Origin: Octopus vulgaris
Lineage: Eukaryota
DNA length: 64,000 nucleotides
Assembly: GCA_951406725.2 (NCBI GenBank)
Contig: OX597816.1
Coordinates: 74,772,001 to 74,836,000, forward strand
Direction: 5' to 3'
Below the pieces are notes generated by a model. The model ran no database searches. It saw nothing but the letters and a program-made list of their open reading frames with translations, and was not told the DNA's origin. Position 1 is the stretch's first letter. Each line of letters opens with the position of its first letter. Both the position numbers and the translations under genes were made by a program. This document shows, piece after piece, positions 13,240 through 25,757 of the stretch.

Positions 13240-13607
13240 AATCCTTTCTACTATAGGTAGAAGGCCTGAAATTTGTGGGGAAGGGGAGTAGTGTTTCACT
13301 GGTACTTAATTTATCGACCTCAAAAGGATGAAAGGAAAAGTCGACCTCGGCAGAATTTGAACTCAGAACGTAGCACGTAGCAACGGGCGAAATACCTATT
13401 TGTTTACTACCCACAAGGGGCTAAACACAGAGAGGACAAACAAGGACAGACAAACGGATTAACTTGATCCCAGTGCGTAACTGGTACTTATTTAATTGAC
13501 CCCGAAAAGATGAAAGCCAAAGTCGGCCTCGGCGGAATTTGAACTCATAACGTAACGGCAGACGAAATACGGCTATGCATTTCGCCCGATTCTGCCAGCT
13601 GGCCGCC
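13240..13607 (-). mobile_element. SINE family A dimer
   Basis: Full head (ggcggccagctggcagaatc) + long tail, followed by a second B-box/core unit with the alternative tail. Confidence 0.88.
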
Positions 13608-13649
<42 letters not shown>

Positions 13650-13661
13650 ATAATAATAATT

Positions 13662-13860
13662 ATTCCCACAGAACTCCCAATGAATCATTCTTGCCACATT
13701 CTCATGTCTTTTGTAGTCGCGTTGCGCCAATCTCGGGCATTCGCTAACGATGTGCCATACTGTTTCACTCCTCTCACCACGCATTCTGCATTTGTTGCTC
13801 TCGGTAGTGTTGTCGATTTCGCAATAAGTGCTTTTGTTTATCACTCCCCTCCTCCTGTTT
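13662..13860 (-). repeat. Inverted (fold-back) copy of the 5' part of the adjacent R4/Dong-like fragment
   Basis: Reverse complement of 13962-14211 with small deletions; same start junction and same C-to-R lesion (CRMRGE). Confidence 0.9.
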
Positions 13861-13907
13861 ATTATTATTATTATTATTATTATCATTATTATTATTATTA
13901 TTATTAT

Positions 13908-13961
<54 letters not shown>

Positions 13962-13964
<3 letters not shown>

Positions 13965-14699
13965 CAGGAGGAGGGGAGTGAGGTGAAAATAAACAGAAGC
14001 ACTTATATGCGCAGGACAAGTACAAGCGTTAAGGACTAACTATGTGAAATGCGAAATCGACAACACTACCGAGAGCAACAAATGCAGAATGCGTGGTGAG
14101 AGGAGTGAAACAGTATGGCACATCGTTAGCGAATGCCCGAGATTGGCGCAACGCGACTACAAAAGACATGAGAATGTAGCAAGAATGATCCATTGGGAGT
14201 TCTGTGGGAATCACAGCCTACAAAGAGCAAAGACGTGCAGAAGGAGTCACCGAGAATGAAGATTGCAAAATCCTGTGGGATGGAATGATTTAGTGCAATC
14301 ACCTGAAAGAAAGAACTTGCATGATAATCGACATAGTATGTACCGGTGACAAAGAAGCAAAGCTGAACAACTGCAACATTTTGAAGTGGGAAATATGAAA
14401 ATTGTGGTCAATGAAGAAAGCAAATGTGATATCTATATTAATTGTCACACTTGGAAATATTAGCAATCAACTACCCACTTAACTAAAAAAGATTGGTACA
14501 AATGTAAAGATAGAACACCTACAAAAATCAACATTGCTTGGAACTGCAAGAATTTTTCGCAGAGTTCTTGAAGCATGACCAGTAAACAAGTGTCACCTTA
14601 GTTTTCTAGCTGTGGACAGCTGACACTTTCCATCATACCTAGCAAAATAAGCTGAGAGTTTTCAAAGAAGAAGAAGAAGAAGAAGAAAAAGAAGAAGAA
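13962..14699 (+). mobile_element. 5'-truncated R4/Dong-like non-LTR retrotransposon (CCHC knuckle + restriction-like endonuclease, decayed)
   Basis: KCRMRGERSETVWHIVSECPRLAQRDYKRHENVARMIHWEFC, KILWD, IIDIV, QKSTLLGTARIFRRVLEA* (stop 14576-14578); starts in (TAA)n and ends in (GAA)n. Confidence 0.85.
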
Positions 14700-14890
14700 T
14701 CCTTTCTACAAAAGGCACACGGCCTGAAATTTTGGCGGGAGGGTACTAGTCAATTACATCGACCCCGGTGTTTCACTGGTACTTGATTTATCGATCCCGA
14801 AATGAGGAAAGACAAAGTCGACCTCGGCTGAATTTGAACCCAGAATATAGCGACAGGCGAAATACCGCTAAGCATTTTGTCCAGCATGCT
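14698..14890 (-). mobile_element. SINE family A, head truncated
   Basis: Core and tail match other copies. Confidence 0.8.
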
Positions 14891-15363
14891 GAGTTGAAAT
14901 CGTACTCTTCATCTTTTCGGATTAATAAAGTACCATCGCAGTGCCTAAGCTGCTTCTCTTCATATTCTTCACATGATTTCGTTTCACTTCCTCTTTTAAT
15001 CAGAAAACGTCATGTCTAATTTTTAAAAATAATATTTAGGAAAGTTAGGTAAGCGTTACCTTTTGGAAAATATTAGCATGATTTGTTAAATTCAGGTGAG
15101 TCAATTACATCAGCCTCATGGAAAGAAAAACTGTTTAAAAATAAATAATATTGTACAAAAAGACTTTATAGTGTTTCTGATAGTTTTTCTTTTCTGGCTT
15201 ATTTATTTTTTGTTTGTGGCGTTAAATTGCACCAGATGCGATTTATATTCAAGAGCATATGTACTTTTCCCCTTTTTTATATGAATGATGGTGGAGTTAA
15301 ATTAACATATCTATTTTGACAAGGATTATAGTCAAATACATGGGGTAATTAATATATTAAAAA

Positions 15364-15379
15364 AGACAGACAGACAGAC

Positions 15380-15467
<88 letters not shown>
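15364..15467. repeat. (GACA)n(GATA)n microsatellite
   Basis: Direct reading. Confidence 0.97.
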
Positions 15468-16478
15468 TTGATATGCTAGTGTAAAATATGTAGAGAGAAA
15501 CATAAGAAAAGATACTTATGTACTTTTGAACATCTTGTAAGAATCTCCTTTTAACAGTATCTCTAATTACTACAGATAAAGTTCATACTGTAAGCGGCAG
15601 TTAATAGCAAATTAATCTTCAAACCATGTGCGATTAATTGTTACACAAAGGCCGAAGAAAATATATGTTCTTAGATGGCTTCGTAGGTAACGGGTTCGCT
15701 TCACAACTCCGTGGGTTTTTGTTCGTTCCCTCTGCACTCTCGGCAAATATCTTCTGTAACATAGTTTCGAGTCGACCAAAGTAAATGAAATTTGATTGAC
15801 AGAAACTAAATGGAAAGTTTTGAACGGACCATTCTTACTTGTAAATGGCCGATTAATCTATCACCAGGCTTCAACACCAACTCTACTTTCATGCTACCCA
15901 TTCTGATGTAAGCATTCGGGCATGTTTCCCCGTCTGAAGATAACCCTTTACGTTCTTATCAATCAAAGATACACTCACTGAGCGTTAAATAAAATAAAAT
16001 AAAATAAAATACTACTGTCAGATTTACTATTTTGTTGGATCACTGAACTTTTCAGGGGTTGTTTTCTTCCGAATCCTTTTTAGGAAACATTAGTAATTCT
16101 ACTTATTGATTATTTGGATTGGTAAAGTTAGTATTTAGATACAGCCTAACGAACTAGTTTACTATCCAGGACGTCGATAAATATAGCACCAGTCAAGTAT
16201 CGAAGTCTTTTAATCCTTCCATCAGAATGTGCGGCCTTATACCAGCATTATAAATCAGTTTTTACCAGATTTTGACCCTCCGAGCATTTGAGTGAAATGC
16301 AATTTCCTCCAACGACTGAATCATTCGTTGACTGTCGAAAGATGCTGGAAGGTTGTTTTTCTTTTTCTTTCTAGCTAACACTTTTCTAAGGCAGCCATCA
16401 CACGTCAGTTTATCGTCTGTGTAAATGACTCTTTACCAACTTTCTTGTAAAATCGATATTCGGATCTGTTGCTTTATA

Positions 16479-17027
16479 CAGGGTAGACCAAAAGGATCTG
16501 ACACATTTGGAGGCTTAATAAAAGCACAAAATAAGAAATAATGAAAAGAAAAATTTTATTTTTTGAATGTACATATAATGCCATTTTATTTCATTAAGTT
16601 TTAAAAATTAAATCAGCTAAATGCTTACCATCATTGTCAACACACTGTTGGAGACGTTCATGAAAGTTATCGATAACTCTAGGGATCATTTCTTCTGAAA
16701 TGGTTGCTATTTCTATACAATTTGCACGTTTTAATTCATCAATAGATCGAGGGCGATGACGGAATACTTTTGATTATAAATATCCCCACAAGAAGAAATC
16801 ACATTTCACCATTCCAGAAGAAATGATCCCTAGAGTTATCGATAACTTTCATGAACGTCTCCAACAGTGTGTTGACAATGATGGGAAGCATTTAGCTCAT
16901 TTAATTTTAAAAACTTAATGAAATAAAATGGCATTATATGTACTTTCAGAAAATAAATTTTTTATTATTTCTTACTTTGTGCATTTATTAAACCTCCAAA
17001 TGTGTCAGATCATTTTGGTCCATCCTG
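16479..17027. mobile_element. Palindromic non-autonomous Tc1/mariner-superfamily element built from two right ends
   Basis: TA TSD (16477-78, 17028-29); termini cagggtagaccaaaa / ttttggtccatcctg; ~225-bp arms 16479-16704 and 16808-17027; minus strand encodes KCDFFLWGYL*SKVFRHRPRSIDELKRA…NFHERLQQCVDNDGKHLADLIFKT*. Confidence 0.9.
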
Positions 17028-17672
17028 TATTACACATTCCCTCGCATCATATCACAATTTGTTTGAAAGTGCAAGTAGATATGGTTGTAGAGTAGAGGTC
17101 TGCCATCAGAACATAAATGAAAAGTGTAACTAAATATCACAATGAATTTTGTCTGGTTCTCTTCAGATTCTGTTGCTTCACCGCCCCTTGAAAGGTAAAT
17201 TGACCATGGTAGGATTTGAACTCAGAACAACAGTGAGGATATAACTAAATCTCACAGTGAGGTTTAGTCCGATTCTCTGACAATTCTACCACTCCACTAC
17301 TCTAATTATTTCCATACTAGTTTAGTATTAATTATCGATAAGGCTGCAGGACTTCATATTATGTGAAGAAGATATGTTGACTACCTGGTATCTCTTGTAG
17401 CGATTTCCGAAGGATAACAGACATAATCGATCTCGGCGTTATTATAATTCAGAATATACAGAGGCGTAGCTATATAAAGCAAATAAATTTGCCAGACACT
17501 TTCAGTTTGAACAATCCATCGCCCTCGCTTTCTTACATAAACACAGAACCAGGCATTTGTATGGGAAGGGTACAGTCAATTAAATAGATAATAGCACTTT
17601 ATTTTACAGACCCTCAGCAGGATTTGAATTCAGAAAGCAACTAAATGCTGCAATACATTTTGCGTGATGTAT

Positions 17673-17907
17673 TACCTATTTTTTTACTACCCACAAGGGG
17701 CTAAACACAGAGGGACAAACAAGGACAGACAAATGGATTAAGGTCGATTACATCTACCCCAGTGCGTAACTGGTACTTATTTAATCGACCCCGAAAGGAT
17801 GAAAGGCAAAGTCGACCTCGGCGGAATTTGAACTCAGAATGTAACGGCAGACGAAATACGGCTACGCATTTCGCCCGACGTGCTAACGTTTCTGCCAGCT
17901 CGCCACC
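17673..17907 (-). mobile_element. SINE family A, full length
   Basis: ggtggcgagctggcagaaacgttagc head to ccccttgtgggtagtaaaaaaaatagg tail. Confidence 0.92.
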
Positions 17908-18572
17908 TTGGCGTGATGTATTACCAATACGGCCATACCGCAGGTTGCAATTGCAATCTACTATATTACCAATTATCACTTTTATCGTTCTCGCAGTTGT
18001 TATTGTTGTTGTTTTTGGTCAAACGCATGCCAGGCGTGACCACCCGGCCATATTTTTCGGACATGATGTATCTAAGGCTACGTAAACCACTGTGTCCTAT
18101 TTAGGAAGTCGAGGTGTTATTGTCTGCTATTTAAATGTAGATGCATGCATCTATGCATGTGTGTGTCTGTGTGTAGTGAATATGTGCATATTTTATGCAT
18201 GCAAAAACAACTGCACGAAAGACAGAAAAAAGAGTATTCAATAAGTATTGTAGAGTTTTGTGTATGGAAACATTCTAAACCGTTCCTTTTAGTTTCACGT
18301 TCCGAACTTCGGACGGCAGTAGATGTTGGAACAAGTAGAAGTAGCTTATGCAACGATACTCTTAAATAAGATACTCTTAAATAAGTATAACTTTTACCAG
18401 AACGAGATTCACTACAGAAGGACAATCATGCAATATTAATGTATGATACAATATAATAAATTATAAAACCACCATAAACCAAGAATCCCCTTCTATTCAA
18501 AAAAGGGGCAAATATTTTTGTATAAAGGCGAACCCTGATTGGGTGCATAGCCGCCAAGTACATAATAAAAAT

Positions 18573-18715
18573 ACTTTTTCAAGTTATCCCGATAAATTTT
18601 CTACAGAAATTATAGCTAGCACTGAAAGTGACGACGTTTTGTATACGAATACGTTGTCACTGTCAGTACTGGCTCTAATTTCTATAGAAAATCTTTAGAG
18701 ATAGCTTGAAAAAGT
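18573..18715. repeat. Old loopless 143-bp palindrome
   Basis: actttttcaagttatc…gtgacgacgt / acgttgtcac…gatagcttgaaaaagt; arms align over ~70 bp, mostly transition mismatches. Confidence 0.8.
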
Positions 18716-19367
18716 GATTGAATCGCAAACTAACACACAAAGGATACGGTAGTCACTTATAAGTCTTTAGTTTACTTGGTTGTATATCATTGTTGCATAA
18801 TGAAATACGATGTCCCTGCCGGCAACTAATGTGTGTGTATTTATCTTCTTATGTGTTTATGTTTGTCATCCCACTGTTTGACAACCGGTATTGGTTTATT
18901 TACGCCTCCATCACTTAGTGACCACACAAAAGAGATCTATAAAAATAAGTCCCAGGCTTTAAAAATTAATCCAGGACTCAATTAAAGTTTTCAAGGCGTT
19001 GCTGCAGTATGGCCGCAGTCTTATAACTGAAACACATGAAAGAAAATAAACGTAAAAAATATGATAATCTATGTGATAAAAAATTACAAATTCATGAAAT
19101 ATAGATTTTTTTTTTTTTAAGTGGTAAAGCAAATTTTCGAATGTCAATTCCTTTGAAACAGTTGTATTTTATTTTATATTTTCGTATTTAATTTTACTAT
19201 TAAGCAGTAGTGGAATGCTTTTTTTTCATATTCATATTATTTAAAAGAAATTCTTCGCTTTTGCGAGATGGTTATTTCTACTTTACGCGAATAGTTTCAT
19301 TATACTTGCGAGATGTTGTTTCAATAATTCTTGTTGTGTCTTGGGGTTCGTTACGCTAATAATAACA

Positions 19368-19548
19368 ACCCTTTCAATAACAGGCACCTGACCTGAAATT
19401 TTGGGGCAGGGGCTAGTTGATTACATCGACCCCGATAGGATGAAAGGCAAATTCGACCTCGGCTGAATTTGAACTCAGAACGTAAGGACAGATGAAGTGC
19501 CGCTAAGCATTTTGCCCGGCGTGCCAACGATTCTACCAGCTCGCCGCC
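19368..19548 (-). mobile_element. SINE family A with internal deletion
   Basis: Head ggcggcgagctggtagaatcgttggc; tail tgcctgttattgaaaggg. Confidence 0.85.
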
Positions 19549-19565
19549 TTAAAGAGGGATATGCA

Positions 19566-19621
19566 GGTTCTGGCAAGGATTGAACTCACGACCTTCTGCG
19601 TGTAAAGCAGATGTGGTACCA
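19566..19621 (-). pseudogene. 5'-truncated tRNA-Val(TAC) pseudogene
   Basis: Minus strand tggtaccacatctgctTTACacgcagaaggtcgtgagttcaatccttgccagaacc: anticodon stem tctgc/gcaga with TAC, variable loop, T-loop gttcaatc and 3' acceptor strand; 5' acceptor strand and most of the D-arm missing. Confidence 0.8.
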
Positions 19622-19942
19622 GTGCGTGTGTTATTATTACTGGCGTAATGACCCTCCCAGGATCCTAGATTTGTTTCAACACACGAATTCACATCAAGAA
19701 TTTTGCAAACAGAATATAAAAATGGAGTTTCTATAATTACCGCTACCATTATGGCAGCGAGCCGGACACAATGCACATTACGTTCTGAGTTCAAATGATT
19801 CCGAGGTCAAATTTGCCTTTCATTCTTTCAGGGTTGATAAAATAAGTATCGGTCAAGCACTGAAATCGATATAATCTACCTGCCTTTCCCCATAAAAAGT
19901 ATTGATTTGTGCCAAAATTAGTTTTAAAAAGGTCGTTATAAT

Positions 19943-20325
19943 AGGTGCAGGAGTGACTGTGTGGTAAGTAGCTTGCTTACCAACCACATGGTTCCGGGTT
20001 CATCCCACTGCGTGGCACCTTGGGCAAATGTCTTCTACTATAGCCTCGGGCCTACCAAAGCCTTGTGAGTGGATTTGGTAGACGGAAACTGAAAGAAGCC
20101 CGTCGTATATATGTATGTATATGTTTGTGTGTCTGTGTTTGTCTCCCCAACATCGCCTGACAACCGATGGTGGTGTGTTTACGTCGCCGTCACTTAGCGG
20201 TTCGGCAAAAAAGACCGATAGAATAAGTACTAGGCTTACAAAGAATAAGTCCTTGGGTCAATTTGCTCGACTAAAGGCCGTGCCCCAGCATGGCCGCAGT
20301 CAAATGACTGAAACAAATAAAAGAA
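19943..20325 (+). mobile_element. tRNA-derived SINE family B (CORE-like central domain), full length
   Basis: ggtgcaggagtgactgtgtggtaag A-box, gggttca B-box, CORE-like tgcgtggcaccttgggcaa, internal (TA/TG)n, tail cagcatggccgcagtcaaatgactgaaaca. Confidence 0.9.
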
Positions 20326-20468
20326 TAATACAAAAGAAAGAATTATTTGTTTATGTACATAAATAAAATCATTAGATGTCTATCTGACTGTTGGATCCGA
20401 CGCTCTCATACACTCACATAGACACGCTCACGTGCACGCACTAATTATATGCATACATATGCACGTGT

Positions 20469-20874
20469 GACATGGTTCCGGGTTCAGTACAACCGCACGG
20501 CAACTGGAACAAGTCTCTTCTACTATAGTCTCGAGCTGACCAAAGCTTTGTGAACAGATTTGATTGACGGAAACTGACAGAAGCCTGTAGTATATGGGTG
20601 TTTGTGTGTGTATGTGTGTGTGAGAATGTGTGTGTGTATATGTGTCTCTGTGCTTATGCCCCCCCCCCCCCACCGAACCGTTTAACAGCCGGTATTAGTG
20701 TGTTTATGTTCCTGTAACCAAGCAGTTCAGCAAAAGAGACTGATAGAGTATAAGTATCAGGCTTTGCAAAAAAAAAAAAATATAAGTACTGGGATCGGTT
20801 CATTTGACTGAAGACCCTTCAAGGTGGTGCTCCAGTGCCCCAGCATGGTCGCAGTCTAATGATTGAAACAAGTA

Positions 20875-20875
<1 letters not shown>
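20469..20875 (+). mobile_element. SINE family B, older copy, followed by (GATA)n to 20963
   Basis: Colinear with 19943-20325. Confidence 0.8.
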
Positions 20876-20964
<89 letters not shown>

Positions 20965-21724
20965 TACAGCGACCGTCTCAAATATCAACACTTGAGATTC
21001 CTATACGTTCATAGAATGATGGCTGTCAGTAAAAAATATGAGAATTAAATCGGTGAAATATGTAACTAATGAATCAGATAGTTCGTTATTACACTTCATA
21101 GTTTAATGAAGAAATAACCAAGCTCTTAGTTTCGTTTTGCAGTAAAACTATATTAGTAAGTTTATTCATTGTGTTAGTCTAGTAAGAAAGCTAGCATAGC
21201 AAATCAGCTGATAGCTGGAACCCAAGAAAACTAATGATGGGATATCTATTCAGTAATTAGTTCATTTGCAGAGTGAAGAAGCTAACGTTTCGCGATTATT
21301 AATTGCCAACGTAATCTTACATCCAGATTCTCCAACCCATGCCAACACGGGAATCAGAATTTTGATTGAAAGACTGAACAGTGGTATAGATGTCAACAAA
21401 ATTATTTCTTCTTCCTCTCTTCCTTCTGTCTTTCCTTCTCTTTTCCATGAACACTTCTTTCAGATACACAGGTACCAACCCACACACACACACACAATAA
21501 AACGCATACACACTCTCTCTCACTGGACAATGAGGAAAAGAAATCCAGACAAAAATTTTTTTTTGAAAACCAAGAGACCCCTTGGAGTAGCCACCTGATT
21601 TTACCACTTTTAAAAGGACAAGCATCACTTTCTATTGAAAGAACTGACCAGCTGCAAAGATGTCAACACATTTTTTCTTATTTCTCTCTTCCTTCTTTTT
21701 TTCCTTCTATGTACACTCACACAT

Positions 21725-21960
21725 ACATCACAATCGGGAGATCGTGAGTTCGATTCCCAAACAAGGCGGTGTAGAGTTCTGAGTAAAACACTTCACCTCA
21801 CGATCGAGCCGCGATCACTTCAGCGTCTGATGTGTGGAGCATCCTGCACTTCTACAGGCAATGTCAATTTGAAGAGAGGCACCTAAACATTAGATCACTA
21901 TAAACAAACTACATGTGCAAGTTGTTCAGCAAGAAATTTCAGAGCCGTCTTTCTCGGGCT
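21725..21960 (+). mobile_element. SINE family C variant, decayed
   Basis: tcacaatcgggagatcgtgagttcgattccc B-box, ttctgagtaaaacactt; tail shared with 57660-57745 (-). Confidence 0.6.
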
Positions 21961-22608
21961 GTGTGAGTGTGTATGCACACGCACGCACGCGAGTGTATGT
22001 ATATATGCGTGTAGCAACACGAATTACATGAGTCACTGAAAGAAAAAAAACTCATTAGAAACTAGAGTAAATTATATGACATAATATAGTCTTCAGAACT
22101 GGTAAAGTCACTACAATAGTTCCACCAATTGGTTATTTGATAACATCAACTAGAGTAGACTGCACACATGTAGTTCTTTAAACGTCCATACAGTAAGTGA
22201 TAGCTTCCTGTCATGTGCAATAGTGTGTAGGAGTATAATTTGCATTTACTACCCTTAGATCAACAACTATCAGAGATCATGGTTTTAACTTGACAAATGT
22301 TACTAATTATTCAGGTGGTAAGTAAAGGGGAGATAAGTCTAAAAACTCCACGACACAGTTATATCGGAGGTGATGTGGGAGATTATATGTTTTCAGTATA
22401 AGGTGGTGACTGTCTATTTGAGACACGTTTGCTCTTTTTTCGTTTCTGCGATTTTTCTTTCCTCATCATTCTTTCTGTACAAGAGTGCAAGCTCGAAATG
22501 TATAAAGACCTCTAATGTTTCTTATGCGTAAAACCTAATATACCCTGGGGTTTTTTTTTTGTCTTTTGGGTTTTATTTTACCTCAACTTCGTATTTTTAT
22601 TTTTGTAC

Positions 22609-22627
22609 CATATATGTGTGTGTATGA

Positions 22628-22683
<56 letters not shown>

Positions 22684-22694
22684 TATATATATAT

Positions 22695-22768
<74 letters not shown>

Positions 22769-22866
22769 CTCATATATATATACATATATATATATACTCA
22801 TATATATACACATATATATACTCATATATATACATACTCATATATATACATATATATATATATATA

Positions 22867-22947
<81 letters not shown>

Positions 22948-23056
22948 TCATATATATATACATATATATATAAATATACTCATATATATATATATATATA
23001 TAAATATACTCATATATATATATATATATATATACATATATATATACACACACACA
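22609..23056. repeat. Long (TA)n tract with recurring CTC/CA interruptions
   Basis: Direct reading. Confidence 0.95.
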
Positions 23057-23628
23057 CAGGCACAGGAGTTTTTTTTTGCTTACCAACCACATGGTTCCGG
23101 GTTCAGTCCCACTCCGTGACACTTTGTGCAAGTGTCTTTTACTACATCCTCGCGCTGACCAAAGACTTGTCAGTGGATTTGGTAGACGGAAACGGAAAGA
23201 GGTCCGTCGTATATATGTATTTCACTACTGCCCACAAGGGGCTAAACACGGAGGGGACAAACGGATTACGTCGATTACATCGACCCAGGGCGTAACTGGT
23301 ACTTAATTTATCGACCCCGAAAGGATGAAAGGCAAAGTTGACCTCGGCGGAATTTGAACTCAGAACGTAACGGCAGACGAAATACGGCTACGCATTTCGC
23401 CCGGCGTGCTAACGAGTCTGCCAGCTCGCCGCCGTATATATATATGTGTGTGCGTGTGTGTGTGCGTGCGCGTGTGTGTGCGTGCGCGTGTGTGTGTGTA
23501 TCTGTCTGTATCTGTGCCTGTGTTTGTACCCCACCATCGATTGACAACTGATGTTGGTATGTTTACGTTCCCGTAACTTAGCGGTTCGGCAAAAGTAACC
23601 GATAGAATAACTACCAGGTTTACAAAGA
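23057..23628 (+). mobile_element. SINE family B with a full family-A SINE (23217-23433, minus) nested in its internal microsatellite
   Basis: B 5' half ends ccgtcgtatatatg, A copy follows, B 3' half resumes at ~23500. Confidence 0.88.
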
Positions 23629-23646
23629 CGATTATTTATACCGTCT

Positions 23647-23687
<41 letters not shown>

Positions 23688-23734
23688 ACACATACATACA
23701 TACATACATATCGTTAGCTACTAGACACATTTTT

Positions 23735-23900
23735 TCTCTCCTTGTTTCTCTCCTTTATTTCTGTGTGCCTTTCTGTAGAAGAGTGTAGGCTCGAAACGTA
23801 AAAGACTTTTTCCATTCCTGAGCGTTATACTAATACATCTGTTTGTTTTGTACACCACCTGTCTTCGTCTTTTGTTGTTGTTTTCGTAAATTCTCCCTAT
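23735..23900 (+). mobile_element. Penelope-like terminal fragment with degenerate minimal-hammerhead motif
   Basis: ctttctgtagaagagtgtaggctcgaaacgtaaaag; same family as 1878-2015; runs into (TA)n. Confidence 0.55.
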
Positions 23901-23906
23901 ACATAC

Positions 23907-23948
<42 letters not shown>

Positions 23949-24354
23949 TATATATATATCTATATATACATACATACATACATACATATATATATACACG
24001 TACATACACATATATATATACACATACAGATATGTGTATATACATATATGTATGTATGTATTATTTTCTTTCAGTGGAACGTGAAATGCAAAGCTATATA
24101 TAATAGCGTGTAAATACTAGGTTGAAGATCCCTACGAGGGGAAACGTCGAAGCCTGCCAATGGGACACGAAGCCACACCGTTCAGTAAACATGACAGATG
24201 CTCTAACATTCTTATGACGTAAACAATATGTGTGCAGGTGTACGTGTATTACAAGTACTCCCATCTAATTCGGTGGTGATATGACTTTCTAAGACTTTAA
24301 CAAAAAACTTCTATTAGGCTTTAGTTAAAACAGAAATGTACGATAGTAGGATGC

Positions 24355-24690
24355 AAGGTAAATACCCACTTCGGTTATGAATGACCATGGGATTGCACCT
24401 AAAAACGTACCCGCTGAGGCACAAGTCTGGGCGAGGTTCTTTATGGGAGACCAGCGGTTGCCCATGCATACCAGCCTCCCCTCTCCACGCTATCGATGTT
24501 ATCCAAGAGAAAGACAAAGGCTGATACAGCTTAGCATCAGTGAAATCGCAACTCATTTCTACAGCTGAATGAACAGGAGCAACGTGAAATTAACTGCCTT
24601 GCTCAAGAACGCAGCATACAGCCCGATCCAGGAATCGAACTGACGACCTCATGATTTGAGCCTGACTCTCTAACCACAGAGCCATGCGCC
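24355..24690 (-). mobile_element. tRNA-derived SINE family C, full length
   Basis: Minus strand ggcgcatggctctgtggttagag A-box, gttcgattcc B-box, ttcttgagcaaggca core; colinear with 27693-28032. Confidence 0.88.
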
Positions 24691-24974
24691 TACGACAGTG
24701 TTATAGAAGAAATTGATCGAAGGATGAATACATACAGCAGCTCAAGATGCAGAAAACGTATTGCGAATGTTTTGAAGTTAAATATTTTGTTAATTCAGCC
24801 ACATACATTTAATAAGGTCCAGTTCTTGTTGCAGTGAGGTGGCTTCTGTGCTTCAATGACAATTAATTAGAGTTCTACCAGAGGTATACAAGCTCCCGGT
24901 AGAGCCTCCCATGATTGGAATTGGTCACCTCTTCCCAGAGGTAAAAATGAGTTTGCCTAGAAGCAACACACCTA

Positions 24975-25298
24975 CATAGAATAAAGCAAATCAACAAAAA
25001 CAAAGCATTGATGACTATTACAAACCAGCAAAACCTAAAAGGCCTTCCCTTGTGGAAACATATGATGCGGTGCAGCAAAACCCGAAAGAAACTCTACACC
25101 CTAGGCTCTAGCCTGGAACCCACTAGAGAGGGAGAAGAGTGGAAACCTAAAAATAGTTGCAAGCAGGATACTGAGGCAGAGGTAAAACATATGGGATCCA
25201 TCCGGAGAGAAGCAGAAGGGACAGCCTAGAGTCGGGGACACAGAAAAACAGTTGTCGATGATCTGTACGCCATTGGGCAGAAGGGTTTTAGTAAGTAA
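24975..25298 (+). mobile_element. RTE-clade LINE 3' end, decayed
   Basis: Translations …LGSSLEPTREGEEWKPKNSCKQDTEAEVKHMG…EAEGTA*SR…VVDDLYA resemble the RTE C-terminus (WNP.G.R.RGRPK..W…A.DR..W…V..L); ends tagtaagtaa. Confidence 0.65.
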
Positions 25299-25390
25299 AC
25301 CATATCTACTCAACTCTGGATAATTTACGGGCATCTCTTTTGCGATTAATTACATACAGCAATATAAATAAAGTAAGAAAATTCTGTAGA

Positions 25391-25757
25391 GGCGCAGGCG
25401 TGGCTGGATGGGTATTAGGTTCAGTCCCATTGCGTGCCACCTTGGGTTAGTATCTTCTACTATAACCTCGGGCCGACCAAAGCTATATGTTTGGATTTGG
25501 TAGACGGAAACTCAAGTCCATCGTATACATGTGTGTGTATGTGTGTGTGTGCTCGTGCGTGTGTGTGTGTGTATCCCACCACCGCTTAACAACTCGTATT
25601 TGTTTGCTTACGTCCCCGTAACTTAGCGGTTCGACAAAAGAGACCGATAGAATAAGTACCAACTTTACAAAAAATAATAAGTACTGGAGTCGATTCGTTC
25701 GACTAAAATTCTTCAAGGCGGTGCTCCAGTATGGCCACAGTTTAAACAAGTAAAAGA
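25391..25757 (+). mobile_element. SINE family B
   Basis: ggcgcaggcgtggctg head; colinear with other B copies. Confidence 0.85.

Noticed and set aside
17701-18085. Recurring peptides such as MRNWYLFNRPRKDERQSRPRRNLNSE and EFKFRRGRLCLSSFRGR
   Set aside because: Chance translations of SINE family A, repeated wherever the SINE occurs.
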